64,000 nucleotides of DNA, taken from Hydrurus foetidus. Taxonomy: Eukaryota. Under the pieces are notes generated by a model. It did no database searches. It had not been told where the DNA came from and saw only the letters and a program-made list of their open reading frames with translations. Below are positions 8,913 through 22,158 of the stretch, in pieces; the first letter of the stretch is position 1, and the number at the start of each line of letters is the position of its first letter. The position numbers were made by a program, and so were the translations under genes. The DNA lies in the NCBI GenBank assembly GCA_900617105.1, contig UYFQ01000182.1:1-64000 (forward strand), given 5' to 3'.

Positions 8913-11293
8913 ATGCTGCCGACGATACCACCACCCCCGCAACCGCCAAAATTCTTCAGAAAGCTGTCCACTGTTACAGATATTGCGAACTTACAGAGTC
9001 CGCCTCAGCATCTGACAGGGTTATCAGCAGCTGATGGGGGTTCGCTTCTGCATTTATCCTCTGGTGGCATCGACCAGCCAATCGCATCAATTTACGATTT
9101 CTCTGAGAAACAGCTCCCACCAGTACCAATCGAGATGATACAACCTCCCCCACCCCCAAACCCTCCAGAACCCTCTGAAGCAGATTCACGCTACGAGAAC
9201 GACGGTGCTGATGCCCAATTAAATGACCAATTGATTCCGAACTCGAGTTCTTTTGTGACAGCTGCTGCACAGCATATTGATGAAGCAGAGTACTATTCAA
9301 ACTACATAAGTCCTTGGATTAGCGTTACAGCTACTGTTTCTGTCATCGATACTGCACTGGATGTTGGTTTTTGGGAGCGTCATACCAAGGGAATAGGAGG
9401 GAAATTACTTGAGCGTATGGGATACATCCGGTGAGTAATAGTGTTTCAGCTGTAGTTTGTGTGCAGAACGTTTTCATAACTTGCATGGACATTTGATCAT
9501 CAAATCAGACCACGAAACTTCAATAACATTCCATACGATGACCAATGTCATTAGATTGTATTTCTCAAATCGGTAGGATAAAGATGGAGAGTTGACGTAA
9601 ATTTCTTTAAGTTGTTGGTCTACTTCGCAGCCTCCAGAACCAATTATTGTTTTTATTTCCAGAGTACCTTAAGCGCATTTATTCTGAAAATACCTTTGTT
9701 CTCTTCATTCCTCCATCCAACATGTTGCAAAAAAAGTCTCAATCTCATTCTGCTGTGCAGTGGTATGGGACTGGGCAAGACTGCTCAGGGGCGACTGGAT
9801 CCTGTCGAAGCCGTGAGCTGCAGCGGACTCGGACAGACCAGCGCTGATGCAGGTGAATAGGAGAGGAGAGCGATGTCTTAGTCAGTATATATATGTGGTG
9901 ACACCATGTGTGCACAGTATTGTATTGCATTGCATTGTGGCTACTCTTTGAAGCTCCAATCACGTCATATCATTGACCTGCAATGCAATGCAATGCAATG
10001 CAATGCAATGCAATGCAATGCAATGCAATGCGATACACTGCAATTCGATGCGATACACTGCGATGTTATGGGACTCCACCCCACCCTTTCAATTTACATC
10101 CACCAAAATTAATAAAGTAAAGCAACCCTTGATATCGCTGTCAGACTCTTCTCTGCCTGAAGATAAAACCGCTACGGAGACCCTCGACACGAACATGAAG
10201 CGGAGCGCGTCTGTGTCTGTGGACTCTCTCTACAGCAGCGTTCAAACGAAGCCCCAGGGGTCCGGAGGTGCGGCACATCAATTGAATGAAAAACTGTTTA
10301 GAATATAAATGGAATTGCACATCAAAGTAATCTTGTATGGAACAATGTTCGCGAGATTTCTGGTGAATATTGTTGCTATGTATTTGTGCTGTTAAGCTCT
10401 CGTATTTGATCCTTCCGATCTGTGCTGTCTGCACTGTACAGTGCTGTGCTATACTGTACAGTACTGCACTGTACTGTGACGTGCTTTACTGTGCTGTTCT
10501 GTGACGTGCTTTACTGTATTGTACTGTGACGTGGAATACTGTTCTGTACTGTGACGTGGAATACTGTACTGTGCTGTGTGCGCACTGAAGCTGAGGGTAG
10601 GGTATGTGAGAGTTAGTGCATCAGAGCAGCAGGTCTGGGACTATGCACAGCACTGTCATGCAGAGACACAGACACAGATATGCTAGTTTAACTTCTTATC
10701 AGGAGTGTGCGATGCACCGTAGTGTTCAAAGTAGTGTGGCTTCTTTTCTATCTCTATCTCTATCTCCTGCTATTCTCTCCTTTTCTTCTTTTCTATCTCC
10801 CATCTCTGCTATCTCTCTCTTCTTCTTCTTCTCTATCTCTATCTCTGTTATCTCCCTCTCTTTCTTCTCTATCCTCATCTCTGCTATACCCTCCTCTTCT
10901 TCTTCTCTCTATCTCTCTGCTATATCCTCCTCTTCTTCTTTTTCTTCGCAGGTATAGTTGCAGTATATCCACTCATCTAAACAACTTTGACATACGCGTG
11001 ATTAGAATGCATGAAGTTGTTTTCATTGCATCGCTATGCTGGCCGCACAGGCATTCAATCGCAACATCTTATCTTATCTTATCTTATCTTGTTTCCCTCA
11101 ATCGCCCCATACTCTAGGATTCAAAAAGAAAAAGGTGTCCTCTTCCGGGACAGCTACAGCCAAGAAAAAGGAAACCGTATTCGATTTTTTGAATAAGATT
11201 CCGTCATCTAGCGGAGAAAGCTGCGTAATTCGAAAAAAAGAAATCACGCAACGAAAGGAAATTAGGAAAATGACCGCGAAGAGTGCATTTTAA
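8913..11293 (+). CDS. G-patch domain protein, ZGPAT-like (multi-exon; true start probably further upstream, near 8638)
   Basis: FWERHTKGIGGKLLERMGYIR (exon ends 9430) splices in frame to GMGLGKTAQGRLDPV (9761-9852), giving a G-patch. The last exon carries VFDFLN, a motif I recall from ZGPAT C-termini. The 5' exon structure is unresolved. Confidence 0.7.
9981..10030. repeat. (CAATG)10 microsatellite, intronic
   Basis: Ten perfect copies read directly. Confidence 0.95.
10432..10575. repeat. Degenerate (TACTG/TGCTG)n pentamer array with a ~25-bp higher-order unit, intronic
   Basis: Repeated GTACTGTGACGTG(CTT/GAA)TACT units seen directly. Confidence 0.8.
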
Positions 11294-11717
11294 ATCTCAT
11301 TACCGTTGCCAAGCTTACTTTGCGCAAGCTATTACTGCCTGTGTGTTCATCTTCAATAAAGGGTGCTCGTCGTGTTTCCAACCATCCATCGCTCTTATGG
11401 TTTGGCTCTCACTTAATGACTTGTGATTTTGATGGCTCGAATTGCGGAGGTATTCAGAATAGAGTAGATTTGAATTGTAGAAGGAAGAGCAGAGATAATT
11501 TAACATTCAGGCTGGCATACAGACCAGTCAACGTAATTCTGGAATGCTCATTCAAATAATTATTTGGTTATTTATATAAGACAAACTGCTGCTTCCTGGA
11601 AAAGAAAAAGCAACTACACATGAGAAAATTCAAAATTTTGCACTCCGAGATGACCACTGAGAAATCTTAATATGACGTTATGTTGGAAAAAAACCAGCCC
11701 ATCGATCTGTTCCAATA

Positions 11718-11854
11718 GAGTGTTTTTGCAAACCGGATTTGACCACTTTTCGCAGCACTGCTTGTCGTAAACGCACTCAAATTCACCGGTTACTGCACGC
11801 TCCTCAATCCGGGCGTGGTGCGAAATGTGCGAAATCGGGTTTGCAAAAACACTC
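11718..11854. mobile_element. MITE, 137 bp, TA flanks
   Basis: 23-bp TIR GAGTGTTTTTGCAAACC(G/C)GATTT with one mismatch. TA on both sides (11716-17, 11855-56). Confidence 0.82.
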
Positions 11855-12083
11855 TATTCGTTGAACGATTTTACGACAATATGGACTCAACTGGAGACTG
11901 GAGACGTTTCGCAGCGATCAGTAACGAACATACGGACAACACTTCCGCGAAAATTTTGAAATCATCTGGGGTGCGTTGACGACGAATGTTTCGTTGTGCA
12001 AACTGCGAGTGCGAAACTCGACCATCTCACTCACAACAGATTGTAGCATATCCTGAGAAAGTTCGCGTGCGCTGAATTCGAGG

Positions 12084-12668
12084 ATGGCTGATCAATCGAC
12101 TGAGAAGAAAGATGTTGTTTTCGTGCTCGGGGGCCCTGGCTCTGGCAAGGGCACAAACTGCGCGAAAATCGTTGAACAGTATGGCTACGTCCATCTAAGC
12201 GCTGGTGATCTACTGCGTGAGGAGCGCAACAGTGGCAGTGATCTTGCTGAGATGATAAACAACTTCATCGCTGAGGGGAAAATAGTACCAGCTCAGATTA
12301 CCGTCCGTTTGCTTAGAACTGCAATGATAGCAAGCGGAAAGAAGAACTTTCTCGTAGATGGTTTTCCTCGTGATTTGGACAACCTCCATTGTTGGCAGCA
12401 AGATATGGAGGACTTAGCGGTTGTAAAATTCCTTCTCTTCCTAGACTGTCCGCAGGAAGTTATGCTCGCCCGCCTATTGGAGAGAGGAAAAACCAGTGGC
12501 CGTAACGACGATAACGAGGAGTCCATTATTAAGAGATTCAAAACATATGAGGAATCTACAAGACCTATCATCGACTACTTTAGCGGAATTGGCAAAATTC
12601 AAACTGTCAATGCGAATAGGCCTATGGATGATGTGTGCACTGATGTCTACAAGGCTTTCTTACATTGA
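12084..12668 (+). CDS. CMPK: UMP-CMP kinase (adenylate kinase family), intronless
   Basis: VFVLGGPGSGKGT P-loop, HLSAGDLLREE, FLVDGFPR and GRNDDNEESI motifs; 194 aa. Confidence 0.95.
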   Translation: MADQSTEKKDVVFVLGGPGSGKGTNCAKIVEQYGYVHLSAGDLLREERNSGSDLAEMINNFIAEGKIVPAQITVRLLRTAMIASGKKNFLVDGFPRDLDNLHCWQQDMEDLAVVKFLLFLDCPQEVMLARLLERGKTSGRNDDNEESIIKRFKTYEESTRPIIDYFSGIGKIQTVNANRPMDDVCTDVYKAFLH

Positions 12669-13623
12669 TTCTACTTTTCAAAAATCGTACTCAGCACCGC
12701 CAATATAATCCAATTGTGGAACTGTAATACTCCTCTATATTATTTGCCTCATATCAAATTTCCTATATGAGGGGGCACATGAATTTTCATACATTTGTCA
12801 ATTATTTATTTTTAGGAATCATTCAGAATGAAATTAGAATTGAGGCGACGCTTTACTTTGTAACTTTCCGAGCATTTGCCCATACAGAGAGAAGCGAGAC
12901 GTTCAGGGCCATCTCAGAAAACTGGATGTTTACAGCGTGCAAATTTCCACGTCTTGTGTAAATTACTTTGGTACAAGCAGTAACTGTTTGAAAAACTCGA
13001 GCCGGCCAACAACCGAAGAAATTTCCATCGCCCAGCACGAAATGGAGTAGGTGGATTCAATGCAATCCCCATTGATTGCTAGCGCAGAATGGTACCTCAT
13101 ATTTCGACGCACGTACCAATTTATTGGCTAAGTATTTACTACTGATCACCCACACATTGAGTCTTGAGTGATAAGTTTACAAATAGGCGAAGTCAGGACT
13201 TGAACAGCAACGACTTAGTTTTCGTCATTTACCTCATGAACACAGCGAGAACGTCGTTCTCAGGTTATTTTCGAGTACTTCATGCTTCACGCGGATCGAA
13301 AATAGAATATTATCAGAAATAAGAATAAGAAATATGATGAACATTCCCGCAACTTCGATGTACACCGTACTGTACGTTCAGAAGGAACCGGAAACTGTGA
13401 ATTATGAATTGTGCCCATCGTACAAGAACACTCTGGACAATCAAAGCTACTTCTGGGAAGGAATACTTAAGTCATTCGATCAAATAGCTCCAACTTGAAT
13501 CGAATCAGCTGCTGGCCTCAGAAAAGTCAGTGCCGCAAGAAGCTCCGTCTTCTATTGACTTCGTAATTGACATTTCTCCCCGAAAAGTACTTTTCCGATC
13601 CTAATTTGAAAACCTTGATTGAG

Positions 13624-16600
13624 ATGATTGCTTCCTCTAAATTTAGCAAGGTCATCTTTCATCAGCAAAGGAGGATATTACCAGCGTCGCGGCAATTTTG
13701 TGCTGCAGCGGCACCGTTACTGTCTCCTGTTGAGGTCAGTGATTGTTCGGCGATTTCAGTAGGAAAACAACTTCATCAAAACAGAAACATCACTTCTTCT
13801 TCTGTGTTCACCGAAAGATGACACCCGCAATCAGCATGTGAAACTGATAATGATATCTGTTGAACTTCACAGGAGGTTGGAGATGTGCCAAAGAGTCATG
13901 CTCTAGACAAAGCCCTAAAACCTCGAGAAGTAGTTGCACAACTGGATAAATTCATTGTTGGTCAACAGGAAGCGAAAAAAGCAGTAGCGATAGCCCTTCG
14001 CAACAGATGGCGTCGTCACCAGATGTCGGACGAAATGAGGAATGAGGTAATGCAACGTCGAATTCTTGTTAGCTTCAAAGATGAAAAGGCCGTCACAACA
14101 AGCCACATTTGCTTCACTAACTGCACCGAAAGTAATGACTGTTTACTTCCGAACTGGAGAAACCCCAAAAATGTATGATCTTAATCTATATCATGATCCG
14201 ATCATGGACCAAGCATCGAATTCACTATCTCCGTCGCATGTTTAAAACAACATCTCAATCAACAAATACAACTCGTCAACACACCTGTCTCACACGAAAA
14301 AGGTTTCTAATTTGCAACAAAAGTTGTTCCTATGTATACGATTCTGACATCTACGCTATTTTTCATTTGATGCATGTTTATCGCGTAGGTCATTCCGAAG
14401 AATATTCTTATGATAGGTCCGACAGGTAACGAAAAGAAAGGAAATAGACCACTGCTAGATCTACCGATATGAGATAAGCTAGATATCGCATCCTCAGAGT
14501 CAGTTGAATTTGAATAGAGTGTGTTATCTCTGCCCTTACTTTTGGGGCTGTAATTCTCTCGCAGGCTGCGGCAAAACTGAAATTGCGCGAAGAATCGCGA
14601 AACTTTCCGAGGCTCCGTTCATAAAAGTGGAAGCTACTAAATTCACAGAAGTCGGTTTTCACGGAAAAGATGTGGATCAAATCATCAGAGACTTAGTTGA
14701 CATCGCCATAACTATGACGAAGAAAACTATCATGGAGGTGCAGTACTCGTAACTGACCTCTACCTAGACCTAGACCTGAATAGATCGAGATACCGTCTAT
14801 TCGGCAGTCTACTTTTTTCTGCATGGACCCCGCACTGACCTACGACACCTGTCACTCTTTTTGCCTCCTTCACGAGCAGGAAAGAAAAGCAGATGTCGCC
14901 GCTGCTGTACAGGAGAAGCTCATGTCTGCCATATGCGGCGTATCAGAAGACGCTAACCTAAGACAATCTATGCTGGAGTTGCTCATTGCAGGTACAATTC
15001 TCCCTCTCCCGCTGAAATGCAGGGCATAGAGCGCACATGCACTACGAATATGATGTCGACTCTAATATTCTCAAAGACAGGGTTGTGGCTGTTCAATGAC
15101 CGTCACTCTTGCATCTAATCGTGTTCACTGAGAGGAACATCTTCTGGCTCAATCCTTGTTGTAACGGCATCCCTGACCTGATGATAAACGTAGGTGAAAT
15201 GGACAGTCGAGAGATAAACATGACAGTTCCGATGAAGAGTGGTGGTGAGAAGAACCCGGGTATCGTGGATCTGTCCAACCCCACCGCCATGGCCTCGGAG
15301 GTCTTCCGATTCACCAGCACTGGCACAGGTACGAACACATGACAATTACAGAATTGCTGCCGTGCCCCTCATCACCATCCCTCGCTCTGCATCTCTCTGT
15401 GTTCCTTCTCCGTGAGAGTTGAACTTACCGTCTCACTGTGTAATGCTCAAATGACAGGCAACAAGAAATCTGAGAAGAAGAGAATGACGGTAGCAGATGC
15501 ACGGGTGGTCTTCGAGGAAAGTGAAACTGCGAGGTAAGTGGGTGGGTGGGTGAAAGGGTTAATGCATCTGCTTAATGCTGATTCCTCGCTGTGCCTTATG
15601 ACTGCTGCACTTTACCCCAATCTGATCACATTTTGGATGACTGACGACACTCCCTCCTTTTCCATTTCCTCTTCCACTCCAGACTTCTTGAGGAATATGA
15701 CATCCCGCAACGCGCAATAACATCCGTAGAAAATAGGTATGCACTATTTCGAGCGCTACAGACGTGAACATCTTCCATATTACATCCCTGTAGCTTATAT
15801 AAGAGCGATCGCTGATGCTACTATTAACTGACACATCCGGACAGCACAGCGCTCACATCAACTCACAACTATTATTTGGCTGAAATGCACTCATGAACTC
15901 CTTCTCTCCTGCATCTTCATCCTCCCCGTTTCGCTCAGCGGCATCGTTTTTATCGACGAAATTGACAAACTGGTGTCCAACAGTGATTATAAGGTACGGC
16001 ACTAATTCGTCACGACTCTTCAAGCTGTTTTCAAACATGGTAGATACCATGAGCAGTACGCTGGTTCTAATATTTGAACAGCGACGTAGATCATTGTGCA
16101 TGGCTCTCTTATCAGCGTGTGTTTCAAAGCTGAGCTCATGAATCGTCACTGCCTCTCTGATTGTAACCCTAACAGCCCCCATCCCCCCTTCTACCTCACC
16201 CTTATCTCAACAGGGCACAGATGCATCATCAGAGGGCGTGCAGAGAGACTTGCTGCCGCTCATCGAAGGTGCGACAACACAATACAATACAGGCTTGAAC
16301 ATCAATTTTCTGTCTAGGATATCCATATTTTTCAATCTTCAATCCTCACCTTCCCTCTGCACCTGTACCTGCACCTTCTCGCAGGGTCGAGCATCACCAC
16401 AAAGCATGGCAACGTGAACACTGACTTCATCCTTTTCATCGCATCCGGAGCATTCCATTCCAGCAAACCATCTGACTTGCTAGCAGAGTTACAGGTACGG
16501 ACGTTAACAGGAAGATGCCTAATAGTCACCCGCCCCACACACTGCAATAGAAATGAAGTGATTTCTCATCTTCGCAGAAGTTACGATGCCCTGATTTGTT

Positions 16601-17354
16601 TTATTCGAAATGGCAGCAATTGGTTAATTTTAATGTGCACATGGTGTGACTGGTTACAGGGTCGTCTGCCGATCAGAGTAACCCTTAAGGGTCTGTCCCA
16701 AGAAGACCTCTACCGCATCCTCACAGAACCAGTGACCAACCTTATAAGACAGCAAATAGAGATGCTCAAGGTAACGTACATCAGTCTCGCCAATACATAC
16801 TGATGCCAGTGCAACACTACTCTGTAGCATTATCTCGTCTCTTTCTGTGATTCCAATCCCTCAGTTACTTACCATAATGATTTCTTAGAGTGAGCAAGTG
16901 AGTCTTTCCTTCACAGACGGAGCCATCAAAGAAATAGCAAGAGTAGCTTTCGAGGTGCGAACAGCTCCAACTTCATTTTGTTGAGCTCGTACTCTAACTT
17001 TCTCGCCCTGCATCTGTAACAACTCAGTCTCTTCCTCCACCATCTCAATACGTGACATCTACGGCACCTCTCTGTTCCTCTTAGACCAATAGAACTGTCG
17101 AGAATATCGGCGCTAGGCGCCTGCACACCGTAATCGAAAGAATAGTGGAGGAAGTTTCCTTCGACGCTCCCGATAAAGCGGGCCAAACATTTGAAATAGA
17201 TGAGGTGCGTTCCGTCCCTCGACATGTCGCGTGTCTGCATCGCATTCATGTCAATGTCTAATATCGTATCTCATTACTCGCACGACAGGACTACGTCAAG
17301 AAGAGAATCGGTGACTTGCTCCTAAAAGGAGACATGCGCAAATACATCCTTTAA
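13624..17354 (+). CDS. hslU: HslU AAA+ ATPase subunit of the HslUV protease, mitochondrial-type, many exons
   Basis: Exons encode [108 protein letters not shown] and the C-terminal DMRKYIL*. The N-terminus is Arg/Ser-rich and transit-peptide-like. Confidence 0.95.
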
Positions 17355-17622
17355 AAGCAGAGCGAATGGATCCCCCTCATGACAGAAGAGGCGACAAGCG
17401 ACGAGTCGAAACCTGTCGTACTCTAGTATACTTCACACTGTCGATTGACTTCCGTCGTGGGTCAAGTAGCAGGGATCCTTTTTGCCGATTGTTCCAAGGC
17501 GAGAGGAATCTTATTCGAGAGGTTAAAGTCTGTGTCTCCAAAAATCATTTGCTATAGTTTATCATTCGTTACATTTGAAAGTACTTGACCTGCCCTGCGA
17601 AGTAACGAAAGCTCGCTGTACA

Positions 17623-19374
17623 CTACGACTTCTTCCTCTGTATCGAGCTCAGCCCAGTGATGCTGTTGGCCTGAGATGTGGATTTGCACTCCGTGTCGTA
17701 CCTGTTCCGCAAGGCGTCTGCCGTTTCGAACAGTTGGGTGTCGCCGACTCCGCACACTAGGTCGGTCCAATGAGAGTTCAAGCAGACATCCACGGTTATC
17801 CTGACTGCAGAGGGACTCAGCTCAACTCTTGACATTTCTGCAGCGCAGTGAGCATAAAGGACACGCGTTACTCAATTTAGAAAATGATGAGCACAGGTGC
17901 AACAGAGCACACCACATCGCACATTCAGAACGCTACGCGGTCACAATAAGGTGATATCCTATCAAAACGAGAAGTAGCATTCGACAATGTCAAAGCTATG
18001 CGAAATATCTATGAAAGCACCTCGGAATTTCAAGGACGATAATCCGTTTTTGTCCCAGCTCGAGGAATGTTCCTCGAGCACCTCCGTCTTGTTCATGCAC
18101 TTCCACACCTTATTCTCTCGAAGAAACTGGAGTTTGCTTTTTAGGTTCATATTTTCCATGTCTGTGATTTTCCCGATTGTTGGGAATGTGGACGTTATCC
18201 CGACCTGTCAGAACATTCGATAGATCGTGAAAAGTGTGAAAAATAATATGAAAAGTTTTCGTTGCCTAATTTGCTTTGCAGAAGTCTGTGTTACAACATC
18301 CTCTATATGATCTCATTTTCTGGCAATAGAAAGTATTCAAACACGTGGGAATATTTGAGGACCTTTTTTGTTCGCTTGTACAACTCATCGTCTTCCCCAC
18401 CCCAACCCCAAAAGTTGTTCGGGAATCCGTTGATGCGCCGAAACTGACTTTCAGAGAACGACGTGATGCCCCCAAAATATCCTGCACAAACATGGCAATT
18501 CAGAATTCTGCGACTGTAGATGTAGAGTAGAAACTTCTATGGTCTCTGTATGGCGAGTTATATGAAGCACTGGATAACCTTAACCTTCATTGGCGCTGTA
18601 TCTGTCCCACACCCGCGCTATGTGTATCGGCTTATCATCAGGAATCTTGTAGTAAAACTCATTCAGATCTGCAAGTTCATTTCAAAAGAAGGCATTTTTC
18701 ATCATTCTTAGATTGATATCAGCCATCATTGAAAATAAATGATTGTGTCAGTGTCGCGTGATGATCATCGAATTTTATCCGACGAATGATACCAAGAAAG
18801 GTTTGAAACCTGGAGAGGGAAGTAAGTCCACGTCGTGAAAAATGAGGGCTTTACAACCATCAGCACATGCCAGTTGAAAGCCAATGTTTAAGAGCTTTCC
18901 TCTGTTAAACTTTCTGTTGTCATTGCTTTGTTCGATGATGTAGATTCTGTAGGATGATGCCGGCTTGTGAAGTTCCATGAATTTCGAAATAAATGGCACA
19001 AACCGATCAAGTTGCTGCTTTCTGCACTGTTCCTTGTGCAAGTCTCTGTATGGAACGATAATTGCAACTTCAGGTTTCATCTTCAATGCTGAAGAGGAGC
19101 TTTTCTCCTCGATGTAAGTGTGATTTTCTCGTCGAGGTACTTTGATGCTGCTGGGCTCCGCCGCCTTTGCTTCGCTTGTGTCACTTTGTAGAACATTGTC
19201 GGTCGACTTTCTTTTCCTCTCCGTCGTCCTCAGAGAAGGATCTTCCCACGAGGTGGTTCCATCGGTCGATCGGAACCAGTAATCACATTTGTGAGTCGTC
19301 GAAAAACACTTCAACCAATCTGTAGCTTGATCTGCCGGATCACTTTTACCGTTCAAGCTGACGGAAGATGACAT
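17623..19374 (-). CDS. WW domain + glycosyltransferase family 7 (beta-1,4-galactosyltransferase-like) fusion, multi-exon; 3' end uncertain
   Basis: WLKCFSTTHKCDYWFRSTDGTTSWEDP (WW), then VAIIVPYRD, FNRGKLLNIGF and IFHDVDLLP. The exon at ~18363-18482 encodes YFGGIT...INGFPNNFWGWGGEDDE. Confidence 0.88.
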
Positions 19375-20001
19375 GAAGAGGGGTCCAATTAATTTTCTTC
19401 TCAATCGATTGACATAGATGATCGATTGTATCACACTATTCTCTAGTCTCCTATCACTTCGGAAGTCTGTAGTCTGAGCTTATAGAAGTGGCAGCACTTT
19501 CGCGTTTCGGCCACCGTTTCAAAGGATTTTACAGCAAATTGCAGAACCCTCTTCAATAAATGATAAATAAATAAATATTCAGGTTTTTCGATAGGAACCT
19601 TCTTATTCCCCACGAACCGGTAGATCTTTTCTAACGGTCGGCAAAATACAGTCACCAATCGATCGGTGATCATCTCCGCACATCAGACCGGTACGAGACA
19701 AAATAAAACTGATAAAACCATGCTCCGCGATCCTTTTTGGCGTTTTATCGCATGAATGCCCCCGTACTCAGTAATATGTCCTCCAAAGCAACGTCCACAG
19801 TAATCTGCAATACACCTCGCATCAGACCACTATCATCGCTCGGACGTTACTTTGCGTATCGTTTGTAGCAAGTTGTCAAACCAAAAGCTGTAGCTGTGGC
19901 AGCAACATCGAAATATTGACGGTTGATGAAATTATCGCACTACTTAAAGTCTCGACACCCAAAAAGTCTCTCTTATAGATAGGAGTAACCAATTGTGCGC
20001 C

Positions 20002-22158
20002 ATGCTGAAAAGAGCATGGAATTACGAGGAGGTCAGCGCTACTGCCAGCATGTGGAAACTCGTCAATTCGTTTAATCTTCTTCTTGTTGAACACTCCCTC
20101 AACGATATTTTCAGGATCAACTTATGGTAAAACTAATCGTCGAGAAGGGGACGAAGCACTGGAGCTCCATCGCATCTGAACTGAACACAAACAGAACGGG
20201 GAAGCAAGTGAGTGCACTCTACAGTTGCCGTAAATTCTGATATCTGAGTTCGCATCTTGCAGATGTCCTTCAACATGTCTTTCTTCGACACATTCAACAT
20301 TACCTCAAGCATTTGAATTTCTATTTTTGATCACATCTCGACAAATTAATCGTGTCAGTGCCGTGAAAGATGGCACAATCAGCTGGATCCTCACATTTGC
20401 AAGATTACTTGGACGGATGAGGAAGACCTTGTTCTCGTGCAGGTTGCAAGAAGCATATTGCAGCACAGCGTATTAATTTGATGAAATCCGTTCATATGAT
20501 TTACTATGGGCTCAAAAATGTGTGTGAGGTCTAATTTCATGCTTTCACTGACCCCTGCGTTGTACTATCAGGCACACCAAGATTTGGGAAATAAATGGGC
20601 TGACATCGCCAAGTTGCTGCCAGGCAGGACCGATAACTCCGTTAAGAATCACTGGAACAGCGCCAAGAGGCGTCTTACAAGGATGCCATCAATTGAGGAG
20701 ACCCCCAGTCCGGACCTCGCTCCTGGGGAAGCAGAAGCCGCACCAACATCGTCACTCAAAAAAGTCAAATTTCCGCTGAAGCAACTGACTGTCACAGACG
20801 GAAGTGCTCCTTCCTTGAAGAAGATGAAATTCATGCAGAAGCATGCGACTAGTACTGATACATGTGAGTCGGCAACGGATGAAGTTTCATGTTCGTCGGG
20901 TGTATTGAAGGAGAAGGTTCTGAAAACGGCGAAGAAGGCAGGGAAAAGGAAAGCCGAAGAAGCTTCTCCGTCAGTGGTAGAATATCCCCTAGAAGAGTGG
21001 CGGCAGCCTCCTAAAAAAAGCCCCCGTAAGCAGGCAGCTGTGAGTAAAGTAAATCAATTTCTGTGTGTGGTCGCGCCTTGGAAGGAGGGGGGCGGGGGTC
21101 AGAAAGGGTTCGTCACTCCTCCCCTCCCCTTGAGCGCTGCTGACGCCCAAGCGGAAACTCCAAAGGTGGCCACGACCAGTTCGGCTGCTGCATTCGAGCA
21201 CGCTGAGCTGCCTGAAGATCACGAAGTCGCGGATGTGTTGCTGAAGCTGCTCAGTCCGGTCAATGCGATTGTCGGAGAAGGGGGAGGGGAGGGGCAGAGA
21301 GAGAGGGCCGGATTTGTAGATGGAAAGCTGCTCACATTCCCTGCAATTTCTGTCCCTGCGTCATCGCCATCTAAGGAGCCAAAGACGAGTCCAGTGAAGC
21401 AACAGCAGCGGATTGTGGAGAGCGTAACTCCCTTCCACAGCAGCGATGACATGGACGGGGAAATGACAGAACTCTGCGTTAGACATTCCCCATGCGTCAC
21501 ATACACACGCACACAGCCTGTCGATGTCCCCAAGGACCCACACACGAACCATGCACCTGCGAAGATGATGGGAGTGAAGGAACGAGAGAGAGAGTGTGTG
21601 AAGTCGGAGGAGGTCTCTAAGAATGTGCGTGTGGATTCCAAGGGGCTCCTCAATCACTTCCGAAGTCTGAGTGCCCTAGCTGACCTCGCGACAACGGAGC
21701 TCTCCTCCCCTATGCCCTCCCCGCAGCACGCGGACACCTCACACTGTCTCTTGCAGCCTCGCCCCTCAGCACCTGTTGTGACTGTGACCGGGTTTAGCAG
21801 ACTGAGCACCTCCCTTCAAATCGTCACGGAGACGGAGACGAAGACTTTATTCGTGGAGGTGGATCCCGGGTCTCCCCTCACCTCGACGCACTCCTTGTCC
21901 AGCTCGGACGGTCACTGGTCCCTGGGTCTGAGCTCCAGATCTAATTCGAGACTATCTGGAGAGACGTCTACTAGCGCGGAGTCTCCCCTGTCGGTGTCCC
22001 CTGACTTGTATGCGAGGGAATTCTGTGGGTCGGGGTCAGGGTCCGACTCGTGCATCGGCTCCATCGTGAGTACAGGGTCCTTCGAATTGGGCGATGGCAG
22101 GCACTGTGCAGTGAAAGAGAAGGCGAAGGAGGGAAGCATTTTGGCGCTGCTGTCGTAG
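20002..22158 (+). CDS. Two-repeat (R2R3-like) MYB transcription factor; short 5' exon(s) may lie upstream near 19776
   Basis: Spliced exons give KRAWNYEE|DQLMVKLIVEKGTKHWSSIA...RTGKQ|CRERWHNQLDP...WTDEED...|AHQDLGNKWADIAKLLPGRTDNSVKNHWNS, followed by a long low-complexity tail. Confidence 0.9.

Noticed and set aside
9906..11117. ORFs such as CNAMQ repeats and Ser/Leu-rich peptides
   Set aside because: They are translations of intronic microsatellites and pyrimidine tracts.
13885..17354. hslU as bacterial contamination or recent horizontal transfer
   Set aside because: It has numerous GT-AG introns, a eukaryotic leader and eukaryotic neighbours.
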